Below are positions 37,101 to 50,187 of a stretch of 64,000 nt of DNA, piece after piece. Source of the DNA: Neodothiora populina (lineage: Eukaryota); assembly GCF_041146345.1 (NCBI RefSeq), contig NW_027191408.1:496001-560000 (forward strand), given 5' to 3'. Below the pieces are notes generated by a model, which worked only from the letters and a program-made list of their open reading frames with translations, was not told the origin of the DNA and made no database searches. The position numbers were made by a program, and so were the translations under genes. Each line of letters begins with the position of its first letter. Within the stretch, counting starts at the first letter, position 1.

Positions 37101-38981
37101 GAACTCCATAGTCTGATCATCATGAGTCGAAGACATGGCAGAGGAGCGCCTGCTGCGTAGACTTGTACGTCGCTTGGCTGGCGAGGCTTTGGCTTGAATT
37201 CCTCCAATTGCCACAGTAAAGTCCATGGTCGCATCACCAAGAGACAATCGCTGTGCGGAGGAACGTCTGCGCTTTGCACTGACCTGGGCCACTGTGCGTC
37301 TTTGCGGATGAGCAGTAGCGCTGGCCGAAGATGTCTCGTCTTCTATAGTCGAGAGCCGCCTCTTCAAGATTTTTTGGGTTTCTGGGCTCTTGTCCGTAGT
37401 GTTCTGTATGATCTTCCCAATAGCCTGTGTAAACTCCATGGTCTGGTCGTCAAAGGACTGTGTAGGCTCGTGTGCTTTCGGAGGACTCAATATGCCACCG
37501 ACTGCACGCGTCATGTCCATACTCACGTCGTCATCACTAGCATCCGCATCGATTTGCTGCAGACGGCCGGGTTGCTGCTGAGGATTTGGGAGGATGCCTC
37601 CGACAGCACAAGTCATGTCCATGTCCATGGTCATGTCATTGTCTCCGAGCTCCGTTGGTCGTGGAGAGTCTTGGTAGTCAGTATTATTGGTGGACAAGAT
37701 GCGACCCAAAGAACGAGTGAAATCCATGCTCATATCGTTAGTATCAGGCTCGGTATCTTGGCCCACGGTCGACGGTACGCCTTGAGGTTTGCGATGGGAA
37801 TATGCATTTCTAAAGGCAGGTGAGAAGGGGTTGATGTTTTCCTGGTCCTGAACCGCGATGATGTTCTTCGCCATGGGAGGGGGACCGTAGTTTTGCTGAG
37901 CCCAAGGCTTGAATTGGTGATCGACTTCTTGGGTAACCATTTCCATGGACATGTCGCCGTTTTCATCGACGTCCTCTTCATCATCGTAATACTCTCCAGC
38001 TCGTTCGTCGTAGTCGATGCCTCGCGTACCCGCCATCTCCGATGCCTGCCTAAGACGCTGTGTCAAGCTGGAGTCTGTACTGTCTGTGTCTGCTGATTGT
38101 AGCGATTGCACAGTGTTGTTGTTGTCGTGATTGGTGTTGTCGTCATCATCATCATCATCATCGAGACTCATGCCTGTGCTCTCTCCGTCCAGGTCGGAGT
38201 CGTATTCTCCGTCGTCCTCGTCTTCTTCTCCATCTTCGGCATCATCGCCCTCCACCTCGCTGCTTCCATCAATAATACTACTGCCACTCACAGGACTAGA
38301 AGAGAATTCGTCCTCGGGATTGTTGAAGTTCATGGGTGGAATGACAGAGCTGCGCCTGTGTTTCTTTTGATGGGCGTCGCGCTGATGCTCTGGCGAAGCG
38401 GGCAGATCTTCATCATCGTCGGCCTGCTCTGGCGGTGTAGAGGGCGGATCCGAAGCCTGCTCCCAACTGTGTCCGTCCGGAGTCATGGCAGAAAAGGCAC
38501 TTGCATTAGATGCCGAGGAGGCGCGTCGACTGTGCTCAGATGAGGCCAACGAGGAAGTTGTCGCGTCCCGCATATATTCAATGACATCCCAGGTGTGCAG
38601 CGTAGCCTCGGGCGCGAACGAGACTCGACGGTTGGCGAGAGACTTACGCCGCGCCTCCTTCCGTTTCAGTTCCTCATCTCGGGAAGGAAGGATGCCCTTT
38701 GGGGGCAACTGGATGACCTGCGTCACTGCCGACTATTGATGAAGCCAGAGTCAAAACATGTACAAGTGATGATCCGAAAGTCCTCTGCTTACCCGCCTGC
38801 GCCCTTTTACGGGTGATGTTCTACGCGTTGCCTCGAGTTCCTCAGGTCCAATACTTCGACTACGCGCTTTTGACTTCTTGCTGGCCTTGGGCGGCGATGT
38901 TGATTTGTTTGCCGCGGGCATCTTTAGCGGTGAGAGATCGAATGTTGATCGCACCGGCGACATGTTCTCCTTGTCTTCCAT
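34128..38981 (-). CDS. spc7: Kinetochore scaffold Spc7/Spc105/KNL1; introns 38733-38792 and 34799-34855
   Basis: KGIL and RRVSFAPEATLHTW PP1-docking motifs; MELT-like repeats (MDFT, MDMT, MEFT); C-terminal Spc7 domain (FLDMAGIKFM, SCRELKRYISEG, WYDWR). Confidence 0.93.
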
Positions 38982-39448
38982 GTTCACCAGTTGAATACAA
39001 TGCAATGGTCGACATGCGCAAACAGAGTAAAGTATATGTCAAAGATGGCACGGCATGTTTGGCGAAAGTCGATGTTGTTGCCGTCGCCCACTTGGGACTA
39101 GCCTCTGTGCATTTGTTTGTACAGTAAACAAATGCAGATTGCTTGGCGGTGTCATAACTCGGCTGCCCGTCTTTTCTTGAAGTTCTTGTCACCGAGTCAA
39201 GTCGCCGAGGAATCCCCGCTCCATCTATTCAAGCGCACAGCAAATCCCGTCTGCAACAGTAGCCAAGCCTCACAGCCTCGCTTAACGCACGGCCGGAGCA
39301 CGGAGAGCGCTGGTGGAATCTTCACTGCTTGTCTGTCTCTGCGTGCCACTCGATCTTTTCGCGACAGCGACCGACAATTCGACGACTCCCGGTATCCTTC
39401 AGTCCGCCAACTCCTCTCAACTAACCCGGACAATTTCATACCGTCAAC

Positions 39449-40287
39449 ATGGCCACTGAGCTTGCCGTCCAGAGCGAGCGCGCTTTCCAGAAGCAGCCTC
39501 ACATCTTCCAGAACTCCAAGGTGACAAAGAAGTCTACCAGAGTCGGCAAGGGAGGCAGAAGATGGTACAAGGACGTCGGTCTTGGTTTCAGGACCCCCAA
39601 GAACGCCATCGAGGGTACCTACATCGGTACGTCGATTGGTGTTGGAATCTCGATGATCTTGATCTGAGATGCGAGAAGAGAAGCGGCACTCTGGCTGCTG
39701 GTGCGCTTCTTCATCGCAGTGATTGCGTCTCCGCGTCTCCCTGTGCGGCATCGAGGCATCTATGCGAAGGACATGCAGCGGAAAAGTCCGAGCTTGCAGA
39801 GGAAGACGCAGGAAAATGAAAAACAAATTCAAGGGCACGATGGGAGACGCAATCACGGAAGAAAATCAGAGAGACGGTGTAGTGTCCTTGCGACTCAAAT
39901 GCTGACAGCACAATACAGACAAGAAGTGCCCCTTCGTCGGTGAGGTCTCCATCCGTGGCCGTATCCTGACCGGAACTGTCGTTTCCACCAAGATGCACCG
40001 TACTCTCATCATCCGTCGCGAGTACCTCCACTTCGTCCCCAAGTACGCCCGTTACGAGAAGCGCCACAAGAACCTTGCCGCACACGTCTCCCCTGCTTTC
40101 CGTGTCGAGGAGGGTGACCAGGTCACCGTTGGCCAATGCAGACCTCTTTCCAAGACCGTACGCCTCTCAAAGACAAAGATCCAAAACCCGAAAATCGCTT
40201 TTCTAATCTCTTCAACAGGTCCGCTTCAACGTTCTCCGTGTCCTTCCCCGCACCGGCAAGGCCGTCAAGTCCTTCAGCAAGTTCTAG
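39449..40287 (+). CDS. RPS11: 40S ribosomal protein S11 (uS17); introns 39627-39918 and 40158-40218
   Basis: [48 protein letters not shown]. Confidence 0.98.
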
Positions 40288-41432
40288 ATGGATGTAATAT
40301 CATCCACACCTTCTCAAGATGGTCATTTACGGGAGTCTCTCTGGGATTACGGCGGGCCAAAAAAAATGATGGCACCTATCGTAAAGCGGGTTTTGTTTAG
40401 CTCGAAAAATGCCATGTCGCAAAGTTCGAATTGTCATCACGATTCCTCAGCCCTCGCCCTAGTCCAGTGCGACAAAAGTTAGCAAGTCATGTTCTCAAAT
40501 GGAACATCGCTGCAACACAAATGTAGCCTTTTTGTCACGATGCCGCACTACACTTTGAGAACACGGGATCAAATGATCCTTGTTCTCTCGCAATGCTATA
40601 CCCTAGGAAACGTTTTGCCTGTGTTAGACAGCTGTGTACACCGTGTTTCGCCTCTCGTCATAAGTCCATACACATTTCTTGCAGTAGTCCTTGTCTCCGC
40701 CTTGCGCGCATTGAAACGTCGCTGTATATTGTAATCAGCTCTTTTGACTGCTATTCTTGCTTACCTTGTATTGAAAAGTGAGCCAATAACCACGTGTACA
40801 AGCGTTACAGTGCTGTAGATGAACTGATTGTGAAAGTCACATGAGCATCCTTATAGGTGTGCTGGTTTTGCATAAAACCTATGCAATCTCTCTCCCACAG
40901 CGTCGCCTGTGCGCCCTAAACCGCTTTAGGCCCTTTGTTGGTATGTCTGTTCAGTCGAGCCAGGGCGCGCTGTTGTATAATTCACGTCTTCAAGCCGAAC
41001 AATTTGGCTCGCGTATCGTATTCTAGCTACTTGTTGTCTCGGTAAGTAAACATTTCATACTCGATAGGTAACATGGGAAAGGTCGAGCCTGTGTGTTGAG
41101 AGCAAGACAAGCAAAATCATCATTCTATTCTCATTGTTTTCGTCTTCATGAATACATGCAGTATAAGGATCCCTTGTACCCTGTCCCAGATCTCGACAAA
41201 ACACCCACTAACAACCTCTTGTTCCATTCAGCAGATATAATCCTATATATTCACTGATATCTTTTTCAGTCTTGTACGCGTCTGGCGCTGCACTCCAGCA
41301 ATTCCGCCACGCGGACGTGATATCTTGTGCTTTGAATACACAGGTCTTGGCGGCGATGAATATGTTGTCTTGACCTCTCATTCTCACGAATATAACACTC
41401 CTTCGTTTTTAAACCACCGTCTGTAATCAGAC

Positions 41433-44400
41433 ATGGCTCTTCACATTGACTTGACAGTTGATGAAGACGTAAGACTCGCCGACAAATCAGCCATTCCTCG
41501 ACCCTCGAAATCCAAGCAGAAACACTCGCAGTTATCTCGCGACCTGGCGGTTGATATCAAGCATCAGTTGTCTCGACGTTCTTTATCTGGTCAGAGTTCC
41601 CGTGCGGATCTGTTAGGCACCCGTGGCGCCCCGACCGTGATCAGTGACAGCGATTCTGTTTCCATCGCCACATCTCATGGGACTTTTCGCGCTCCCGTGG
41701 CATTCTCGAGCGCTGGTAGCCCTTCCAGCCACACTACGACGGTGACCCAATCTGTCGACCTACAAAAGAACAGCGGAGAAGCCAAAGTCGGTGACTCGAT
41801 CGTAAATGGTGGTCTCGGAATGTCTAGCGTACACTCAGGAAAGAAGATCCAAGGGCTTATAAAGGGCCCATTTTCTGATTCATCTGATGCATCGGCAATG
41901 AAAGCAAGTGCTTTTACTGATGGTTCTGTACGGAAGCGAAAATTCCAGGACGATGCTTTCGCCAAGTCTGACAGCCAAAAGAAGGCGAGATTAGTTGAAG
42001 ACTCACTGAGCAATCAAACGACCACCTCGCAGCCATCTCATCAGGTAAAACTTTCCAGTCTCGTGGCCACCGTTATGTGCCTGAATGCTGACTGATACTA
42101 ATGCAATAGTCTCTGGAAGGAAGATCTAGAGGCAACTCGGCATCGATAAATAGACCTGGTAGGGGCCACGAAGTGCATACTGTACACAACAAACCGGCCG
42201 CATGTTCGTCAGCAGCCCCATCCACCTCGTCCCGGCCAGCTAAAGCTCACCCTGCGAATGGCGTCCTCAATTCGGAACCAAGAGTGCTACCGACCCCTGT
42301 TAATCAAGCGGGTCGTCCACAATTGCAAGGAGATATTACTTCCCAAAGTGCCGATGCGTCAACTTCGGCATCAGTAAAGACTTCAAATAGTGTCCAACCA
42401 AATCCGAGCTCTAGAACAGAGCTTGACAACATCTTGGAGCGCGTACTTGGAAGACGAGCTAATTCTTGGAAGCGCGATGAACCTGCATATTGGAACTATG
42501 TCAAAGACCTTTATCTAACCTGGTCAACAGCCAAGAGGAATGGGTCTAAAGCATCACTGGAATCCCTGGAGAACGTTGTTAAATCTATATGCAAGGACGA
42601 CGAAGATTCTCGGGTTGATTATCCTCCGAATAGTCCTTTATCAGAACCACTCGAGGAATCCACGGAATGGGATTCTGGGACAACTCCGAAGAACAAAAAG
42701 GGATCGTCTAATATTCCACGAGCAGCGCATGAACCCACTCACAAGTTGACTCAGGAATCCAAGGAAAATCCAGGCCAGGACCACAGCCGGCGGCTCGACA
42801 GCAACAGCCACCAGCCATCTAAGATAGACAGCAACGAGGGTGCATTACAAGTGCATTCAGCCAACGCGAGGCAAACGCCGACGTCTCCAGAACGCACAGT
42901 CGTTGTAAAAGATTACAACGAAATTGGTCGCGACAAGAACAAGGCTATATCACCAAAGAAACCAAAAGCCATGACATTTTCACATTCTAAGACCGCTACT
43001 GCAAATCACAATCCAGATGATAATACTAGAAGACATCCAGTTGCGCACGACCATACAAATAAGGCTACTGATGTTGCCGCACCAATATGTGCGATAAGTG
43101 CTAGTTCGGAACCGATCAGAACATTTGGGCAACCGTCGAAGCCGGAAGTGAGGGCTTCAAAAGCCCAGACAGAGACCACTGCAGAGACTCATGATTCCAT
43201 ACAGCAACAGCTTCGAGAGAACGCCGCGAGAGAAAAGAAGGTCTCTCTTGCTGAAGCTCAGTCAATCATGAAAAATCACTTGGCAGAAATGCACAGGGAT
43301 CATGAGTACAAGGTCCATGCCGAGATGCGCCGAGCCCATATGCATACGTTTCCAACATTCAATACTCCCGCCACAGACGTCCCACTTACCACTCGATATG
43401 GTATGACGTGCGTCGCGAAGTCTGTTTCACCATTCCAGGGCATGGAAGCAATCGAGAGGAGGAATGCATCTGGTAAAGACAAGATGATCAAGATCGAAGC
43501 AAGAACGTACAAGAATAATAGAACCACGTCGAAGATCACGTTGGGTTGCGAGGTGTCTACTATAGATCCCCATAAACCAGAAGTGCATGGCTATACTGGT
43601 GACATGCCAAGGTATACCCACTACGTCAGCATTAACCGTAATGTCTTGGGACAAAATACGAAGCAAATGCACGTTTGGCCATACTTTGGCTCGGACGTGG
43701 AGTCAGACGAAACTTGGGAGGCACAAGTCCAAGACGACCTTCGAAAACGTTTTGATGTCGATGTAGAGCAATGGCCTCGCAAGATTTATCGTGCTCAGCA
43801 GGTGCAGGTCTACATGCCTTATGTCGAGTCTTTCCTTGATGAGATCGGTTGCGGCATGTCAGATATACTGTATTACCTGCTCGAGCCTGATGAAGACGGC
43901 ATTCGGACGGCGTCGAAAGACTGCTTAAGCCGCAATAAGGTGTGTGAGGAGGATCTCGATCGTTCAAGCACTAGATGGGTCAAAGTTTTCTCCAAGCTTC
44001 AAAGACCATCATCAGACATGCTGCGAAAGGCTGCAATTGCCTGTACAGTATTTTCTCGTGCGTTGCAACACTTCAGCAAGAGCACAGACCACTTGACCAT
44101 GTGGCATATCGCTCGGAAGCACCAGGCTGCGCATTTGTCAGATGAGACGCAAGAACCTGACATTGACCCCTATAGCTTTGCCTGTCGGATATGTCATCTA
44201 CATGACTGTCCCTATCATGGTGAAGTGCTCGATGTCGATAACTCTTCCGATCTTTACGAAGACGATTTGGATGCAGACTACCCGCCCAACATCAACCACA
44301 AAAAGCGGGTCGCGTTACCAACAAGCGCTTATGACGATGGAGATTATGAAGCCGAAACTCGATTTCCCAAACGAGGCTTGGATTGGTGGCTGAGAAAAAG

Positions 44401-45901
44401 TCACTCCGGGAATCACGCTAAACGAGGACCTTTCTACCCCTGCTCTCATCCCGGCCTGACCTGCGATGAAGCACAGTGTCAATGTTTCCGTGACAAGGTG
44501 CACTGTGAGAAAGCGTGTGCATGCCCCATGGGCTGTAATCGACGCTTTCGCGGCTGTTCATGCAAGGAAAACAGCCTGAAGAGGTGTTTGCAGGATGACA
44601 GGTGTGAGTGCTTCAGATTGAACCGAGAATGCGACCCTGATGTGTGTGGAGAATGCGGAGTCGACATCGTCTTGGATCGCGAGCGTTATAACGACGATGA
44701 GCTCCTAAGCACGTGTTGTAGGAATGCAGCCATACAGCATGGCAGACCGAAGCGTACTGTGCTCGGTGCCAGTAAGGTTCATGGCTTCGGCTTGTTTGCA
44801 GGAGAGGCCATCAAAGCACATGATTTCCTCGGCGAATATGTTGGCGAAATCATTCCAGAAAGAGAAAGCGAGCGAAGGGGAATCATATACGAGAAGCAGA
44901 AATTGAGCTATGTCTTCTTGCTCAACAAAGACCAAGAGCTCGACAGCCAACATTACGGAAACAAGATTCGCTTCATCAACCACGCTGCTATGGGAGATGG
45001 ACTGAGGAACGTGTACCCAAAGGTCGTGTTCTGTAACATGGCTCATCGTATCGGCATGTTCGCCCTAAAACCGATTGCAGCCGGTGAAGAGTTGTTCTTC
45101 AATTACGGCAGGCAGTACCACAAGCGTTTGTTCAATGGTCGGCCTGACGAGTCAAGCGACGACGTACAATCGAAGACGAAGACACTGAAGTCCAGATCTG
45201 TTCCCTTAAGAGACATCGCTGAAGACACCAGCGAAGCAGATGAGCAAAGACCAGGGCGATCTCGAACGCAGAAAGTGCCCAAAGGGTCTCGCGTCGGAAG
45301 CACGAGCAAAGCAAGATCAAAAGTGAGATCGAAAGTACGATCCAGAGTACGGTCAGAAGTGAGGCCCGAAGTGAAGCCCGAAGTGAAGTCCAAAGTGAGA
45401 TCGACCATGATCGCCTCAGGCACGACCAAGTCTGCCGCGAGAAAGTCCCAGAACCAAGACGGACTGCACGTGACGACGTCTGGCGTCGAGGGGGCGCAGC
45501 CCATCTTGGCTCGCAGCAAAGACACTTCAGACCTACCGCGCACTAAGCCACGCCCGCAAAAGGGAAAAGCATACCTAACAGACAATGAGGGTGACGACGA
45601 CTACAACGACATCTACAATTTCCCGTGGGAGAGAGATGATCTTCCCTCGCGCCGACATGCTGATGAATCACCATTGTTTGTCAACGACGGAGACGACACA
45701 AGCGACTACGGTGCCGGCCAGGAAGAAGTGGCAGACAGTGAAGGCGACGACGGCAGCGATGACGTCCCGAGACGAAGTTCCAGGTCTACGACCAGAGCAA
45801 GTCGTCCGAGAACAAGTCGTTCGAAGACGAGCCGGTCGAGGGCGAGTCAGTCGAGAGTCTGGCTCTCGAGAGCGAGTCACTCGAGAGCCAGACGGCCGTA
45901 G
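41433..45901 (+). CDS. kmt6: H3K27 methyltransferase EZH2/KMT6/SET-7 (PRC2 catalytic subunit); intron 42045-42109
   Basis: CRICHLHDCPYH, CXC domain (PCSHPG...CEKACAC...RECDPDVCGEC), SET domain (GFGLF, LGEYVGE, GNKIRFINH, GEELFFNYG). Confidence 0.92.
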
Positions 45902-46507
45902 AATCTAGTATCTGGGTAGAACAAAACGAAAACGAGCATTAGCATAGCATGGGCGACATATCTTAGCATGGTTGATGAGAGAGGGGAGGAACAAATTGGA
46001 GGCTTCAGACAGCCGATTGAACGTGATAACCGGGTTTTCGAAATCTTGGCTGTAAGGCCCTGAGTGTGCACATTCCCACTGCAGCTATCTTCACCTTGAC
46101 ACGGACAGATACAAAGTATCGAAGACAGTGCTGAAGGCTAAAAGGCACGCTATAGCATTCTAGGATAAGGAACAGCACGGTATCACTGAGATTCGCTTTG
46201 TTCAGATGTAGACTTAAGCAGCTAGTCAACGCTGGTTTCTTGATGTTCGTTACAGAGAGTAGATATATAATTGATGAGTAGAGTGAGCGTCGCAAAGTAT
46301 TTGTGCCAGGGTTAATGACTTCTGGGCACCGACTGATCGTGAGGTTCATTCGCAAACAGAGTGATCTGATTCCCCCTTTGCCTTCCATAGGCAGCCTCGA
46401 ATCTTTGTTGAATACCACTAGGATAACAAGTCATCTCGACAGCCGTACGTGCCAAGGCGCACCTCCATCGAGATCGTTCCGACTGTGCCGTATCCTTATG
46501 AGGCTAC

Positions 46508-47951
46508 TTACAAGAGAACCGTCGAGTTTGTGGTGACATTCACACCACGGGGAGCACTGATAGTGAGATTATTCACCCTGAGCGCCGAGTCAAAGATGTT
46601 GAGTGTGTAACCCGTCAGGCCGGCGAGATCCCTTTGAGTAATCGGCACATCGAGCACGACTTTGAACAGCAACCACACGGGAGAAGTGCCGAGGAACGCA
46701 ACGACTTGCAGAAGGATCACGCCCCAGAACAGCCATGTCAGCGCGGTCATGATCAGGTGCGCCTTCATGTACAGTTTTGCAAGACGGAAGAATGTGGGCT
46801 TGTGCAGTGCCGTGCTTCTGATTGCGTCCTTGAACGATAGCGGTTCCGTCGGCGATGGAGCTAGCAGGCCGGAGGGTGGAGAGTCGGTGAATGTCCTATC
46901 GAAAGGCACGATTGGGTCGTCCGTGTCCGGGAGCAGGGATGCCTGCATGCGAGCGCGCGCGGCGATGGCGGGCGTGAAGAATATGACTTCCAAGGTCGGC
47001 TTGATCAAGGACTTGGTGAACATATATGCAGTCTTCCTCAGGAAATAGAAGAATCCAATATGAACCACATGAGAGCTTTGTGATTTTGCAAAGGTCTTTG
47101 AAGCCTGAGGCCCCTTCAAGAATGAGACAAGCCAGTTGAACATGGCCGGCAACAACCCTGGAAGCTCAAAAGCGATACTGCAAGCAAGGACGGGCAACCA
47201 CATGTATTGAAAGACCGAGAACCATGTCAACGGCAGACGTCTGAACCAGAATTTATGACGAGGCTTAGACATGATGATATGCAACCAGGCCATGTCCGCT
47301 TGCTCTATGATCATCCTCGCGGGGATTTGCGCTAGCACGTTTGCCAATTGATTATGGCTATTCATCCATGATGAATAACTCAGGATGAAAGTGAACACAC
47401 CTGTCAAAGCAAAGTACTGCAACCCGATGACAGCATAAGCGCCGATACCTCGAAGGAAGCTCATGTCTCCAGCCTCGGCTTGCAAATGCTTGAATGTGGA
47501 TCTGAAACTTGAGGTCACATAAAAGTTCCTGATCTCTGAAGGACTCGACTTCTCTGCACTATCGTCGTCCTTTTTCGAAGTTGCTTGGTGGTCGATACTC
47601 TCTGCAATCCCGTACTGCACCGAATCTGTCCCTCCGGGTACAGGCGACTCGACACAAGCTAAGTTGAACACCAATTCATTCAGCACGTATCCAGCCTATT
47701 GCCACTATTAGCTGGCGAAGTCGCTCGAGGGGGTGTTTGATCCCTACAAATTGCTGGCCTATAAAGCCGATAACGAACGTGAGTACTGGCACAATACCAA
47801 ACAGCATCGAGCTATTTTTTGAAGGGTTTATCGTGTCAGCATTCAACGATGCATTGCTCCCAGTCAAATTGGTCGTATTTCCAGGGACATCTACCAGGCT
47901 TACTTCAGCACTCCCGAGCGCGAGAGCAGACAGTAACGTGCGGCCATCCAT
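46508..47951 (-). CDS. Uncharacterised multi-pass membrane protein; intron 47696-47747
   Basis: Two ORFs join in frame through a GT..AG intron. Hydrophobic segments and motifs TSSFRSTFKHL, AWLHIIMSKP, RMQASLLP...IVPFDRTF typical of a fungal membrane family. Confidence 0.78.
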
Positions 47952-49153
47952 TGCGCTATCATGAACACGTTGGAACAAGAGGAGAAGAAGAGGATCCGTA
48001 CTTTGCCCTCATGGAGAGGATACGGGCCTAGTTTATAGTGGCATGCATTAACCAAGCCATGGCATACAGTACTCGGGCCGTGAAGCTTGGATAGTGGAGC
48101 TACTGCTATCGAGAAAGGGTTAATCGTTGGCATCCTAAATCCTATTTTGTCGCGCGCCTAGGGTAAAAAGACTTCGTCTCGTTCGACTGCGCCTGCCTGC
48201 GCTGTGGCAAAGCATGAGTTAGCGGCGCGGACTGCAACCATGGTCGCGCGTTTCTAGAGCTACGCCACCGTGTGACCGAAGCCACTGATCCTCCGAGCGT
48301 CGCCTTGAGTGTCGCTTCGAGTCAGCCTTGACCGGTGCATGCTGCACAACCAGTCGAGCCAGTGACGAACAATTCTTGTAGGAAGCAAAGTTGCCCTTTA
48401 CATGCAGCAGTAACATGTTTGAGCATATGAAGAAAACGATGTATATGCGGAGCGCATTTTCTGAACTAGTGGTGCACCGGTTCGATCTTGCCGTCAATGA
48501 TGGGTCCGCATGCAAAGTTAATGGGCAAGGTAGACACGAGCGGCGTTGATGACCTTCCAGATGTCAGAACATCCATGCTACAGGTAGCTTCCAGCAAGCT
48601 ATTCCAAGAGACATCGAAGAACGCGAGCTTCGCCAGTTCTGGCATAGTCAAGTTGCGAATGTGCAGGACCATAACAGTGCGAGGATGTGTCCCAAATAGG
48701 TAATTTTTATATCCGGCCTCCGCGGATTTATAGCGCGTGATATTCCTGCCTTTTTGGGCAACTTGGATTGATACTCCATGTTAACTCCACCCAACGTCGG
48801 CAGAAGGTCACCCATGTTGTCAAGAGCAATACTTCCTCCGTGTCTGAATGGTCGGATAGATGTTTATCACCGTATGTCTACCGACAGTCGATTAGTCTTT
48901 CAGTAGCAATGCCCATTTTGTGTTTGACAATGGTCGGATAGATATTTCTCCATCGGAGGTCGGGCGAACGGTCACACCGAAGACCGATATAGTAACGAGG
49001 TACCATCGTTGTTGTTGATGTATGGATGGACATATAAAAAGAGTAGTGACGCTCCCTTCGATATGTCTGGAACTATTACCAAAGCATCCTTCCTCCCACA
49101 GGAGAAATCGAACTTTGGGCTACCTCGAGAACCATAGCCAGCCGACATAGTCC

Positions 49154-50187
49154 ATGGACTCGAAGAACTACATCGAGAAAGTTGCCATCGTTGGAGTAAG
49201 CAGACTTAAATTCACACACATGCATAGACTCATTGGCTAACCTCAAATTTCTAGGCTGGGGGTAACTGTGGAAGTTACATAGCAGAAGCTCTGTTGAAGA
49301 CCAAGAAGCACAATGTTTCAGCTGTTACTCGAGCCGACAGTACCAACAAGCTGCCCGAAGGCGTGAATAGGATTGAAGTCGACTACAATGATCAAAGCTC
49401 TCTCGTACACGCCCTGCAAGGTCAGGACGCTCTGATCATTACAATGAGCGTAACAGCACAACCTGGTACAGAGGCGAAGCTCATCGATGCTGCTGCTGAA
49501 GCTGGAGTGCCATGGATATTACCTAACGAGTGGGGCGTAGACTCTACCAACACTTCTCAAAGCGAGGACATCTTGATTGCTACGCCGAAGCGTCAGCTAC
49601 GTAAACAGATACTTGATCTGGGAGTGAGTTCCTTCATCGGGGTATCTACTGGCTTCTGGTACGAATGGAGCCTCGCAGTTCCCATCGCTTTTGGATTCGA
49701 CTTCAAAGCTCGTGAAGTGACTCTTTACGATGAGGGCGACACTCGTATCTCCATATCTACATGGCCGCAAGTCGGTCGTGCGGCCGCCAGTCTATTGAGC
49801 CTGAAGATCCACCCAGACGATGAATCCGACAACTCCCCATGCCTCGAGAAGTTCAAGAATGACTTCATCTATGTCAATTCTTTCACCGTCAGTCAGAAGG
49901 AACTTCTAGAGTCTGCTCTACGTGTCACTGGGACCAGCCTGCAAGACTGGAACGTGAAGAAGGAACCCGTCAAGGCTCGTTATGCCGATGGCCTGAAGGA
50001 ATTTCAAGGTGGAGATAGGATGGGCTTTGGCAAGCTATTGTATGCTCGAGTCTTCTATCCTGATGACAGTGGCAATACAGAAAAGACAAGAGGCCTTGAG
50101 AACAAATTGTTGGGATTGCCCAAGGAAGATATGGACGAGTATACGCGACTTGCTATCGAAAGATCGAAGACTGTGCAATGGGGTTAG
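49154..50187 (+). CDS. NmrA/isoflavone-reductase-like oxidoreductase (CipA-like); intron 49196-49254
   Basis: Rossmann motif KVAIVGAGGNCG across the splice junction; LIDAAAEAGVPWILPNEWG, GFWYEWSL, STWPQVGRA. Confidence 0.92.

Noticed and set aside
39648..39671. GATGA...CTGA as a box C/D snoRNA in the RPS11 intron
   Set aside because: Boxes are only ~7 nt apart with no room for a guide; box C is imperfect.
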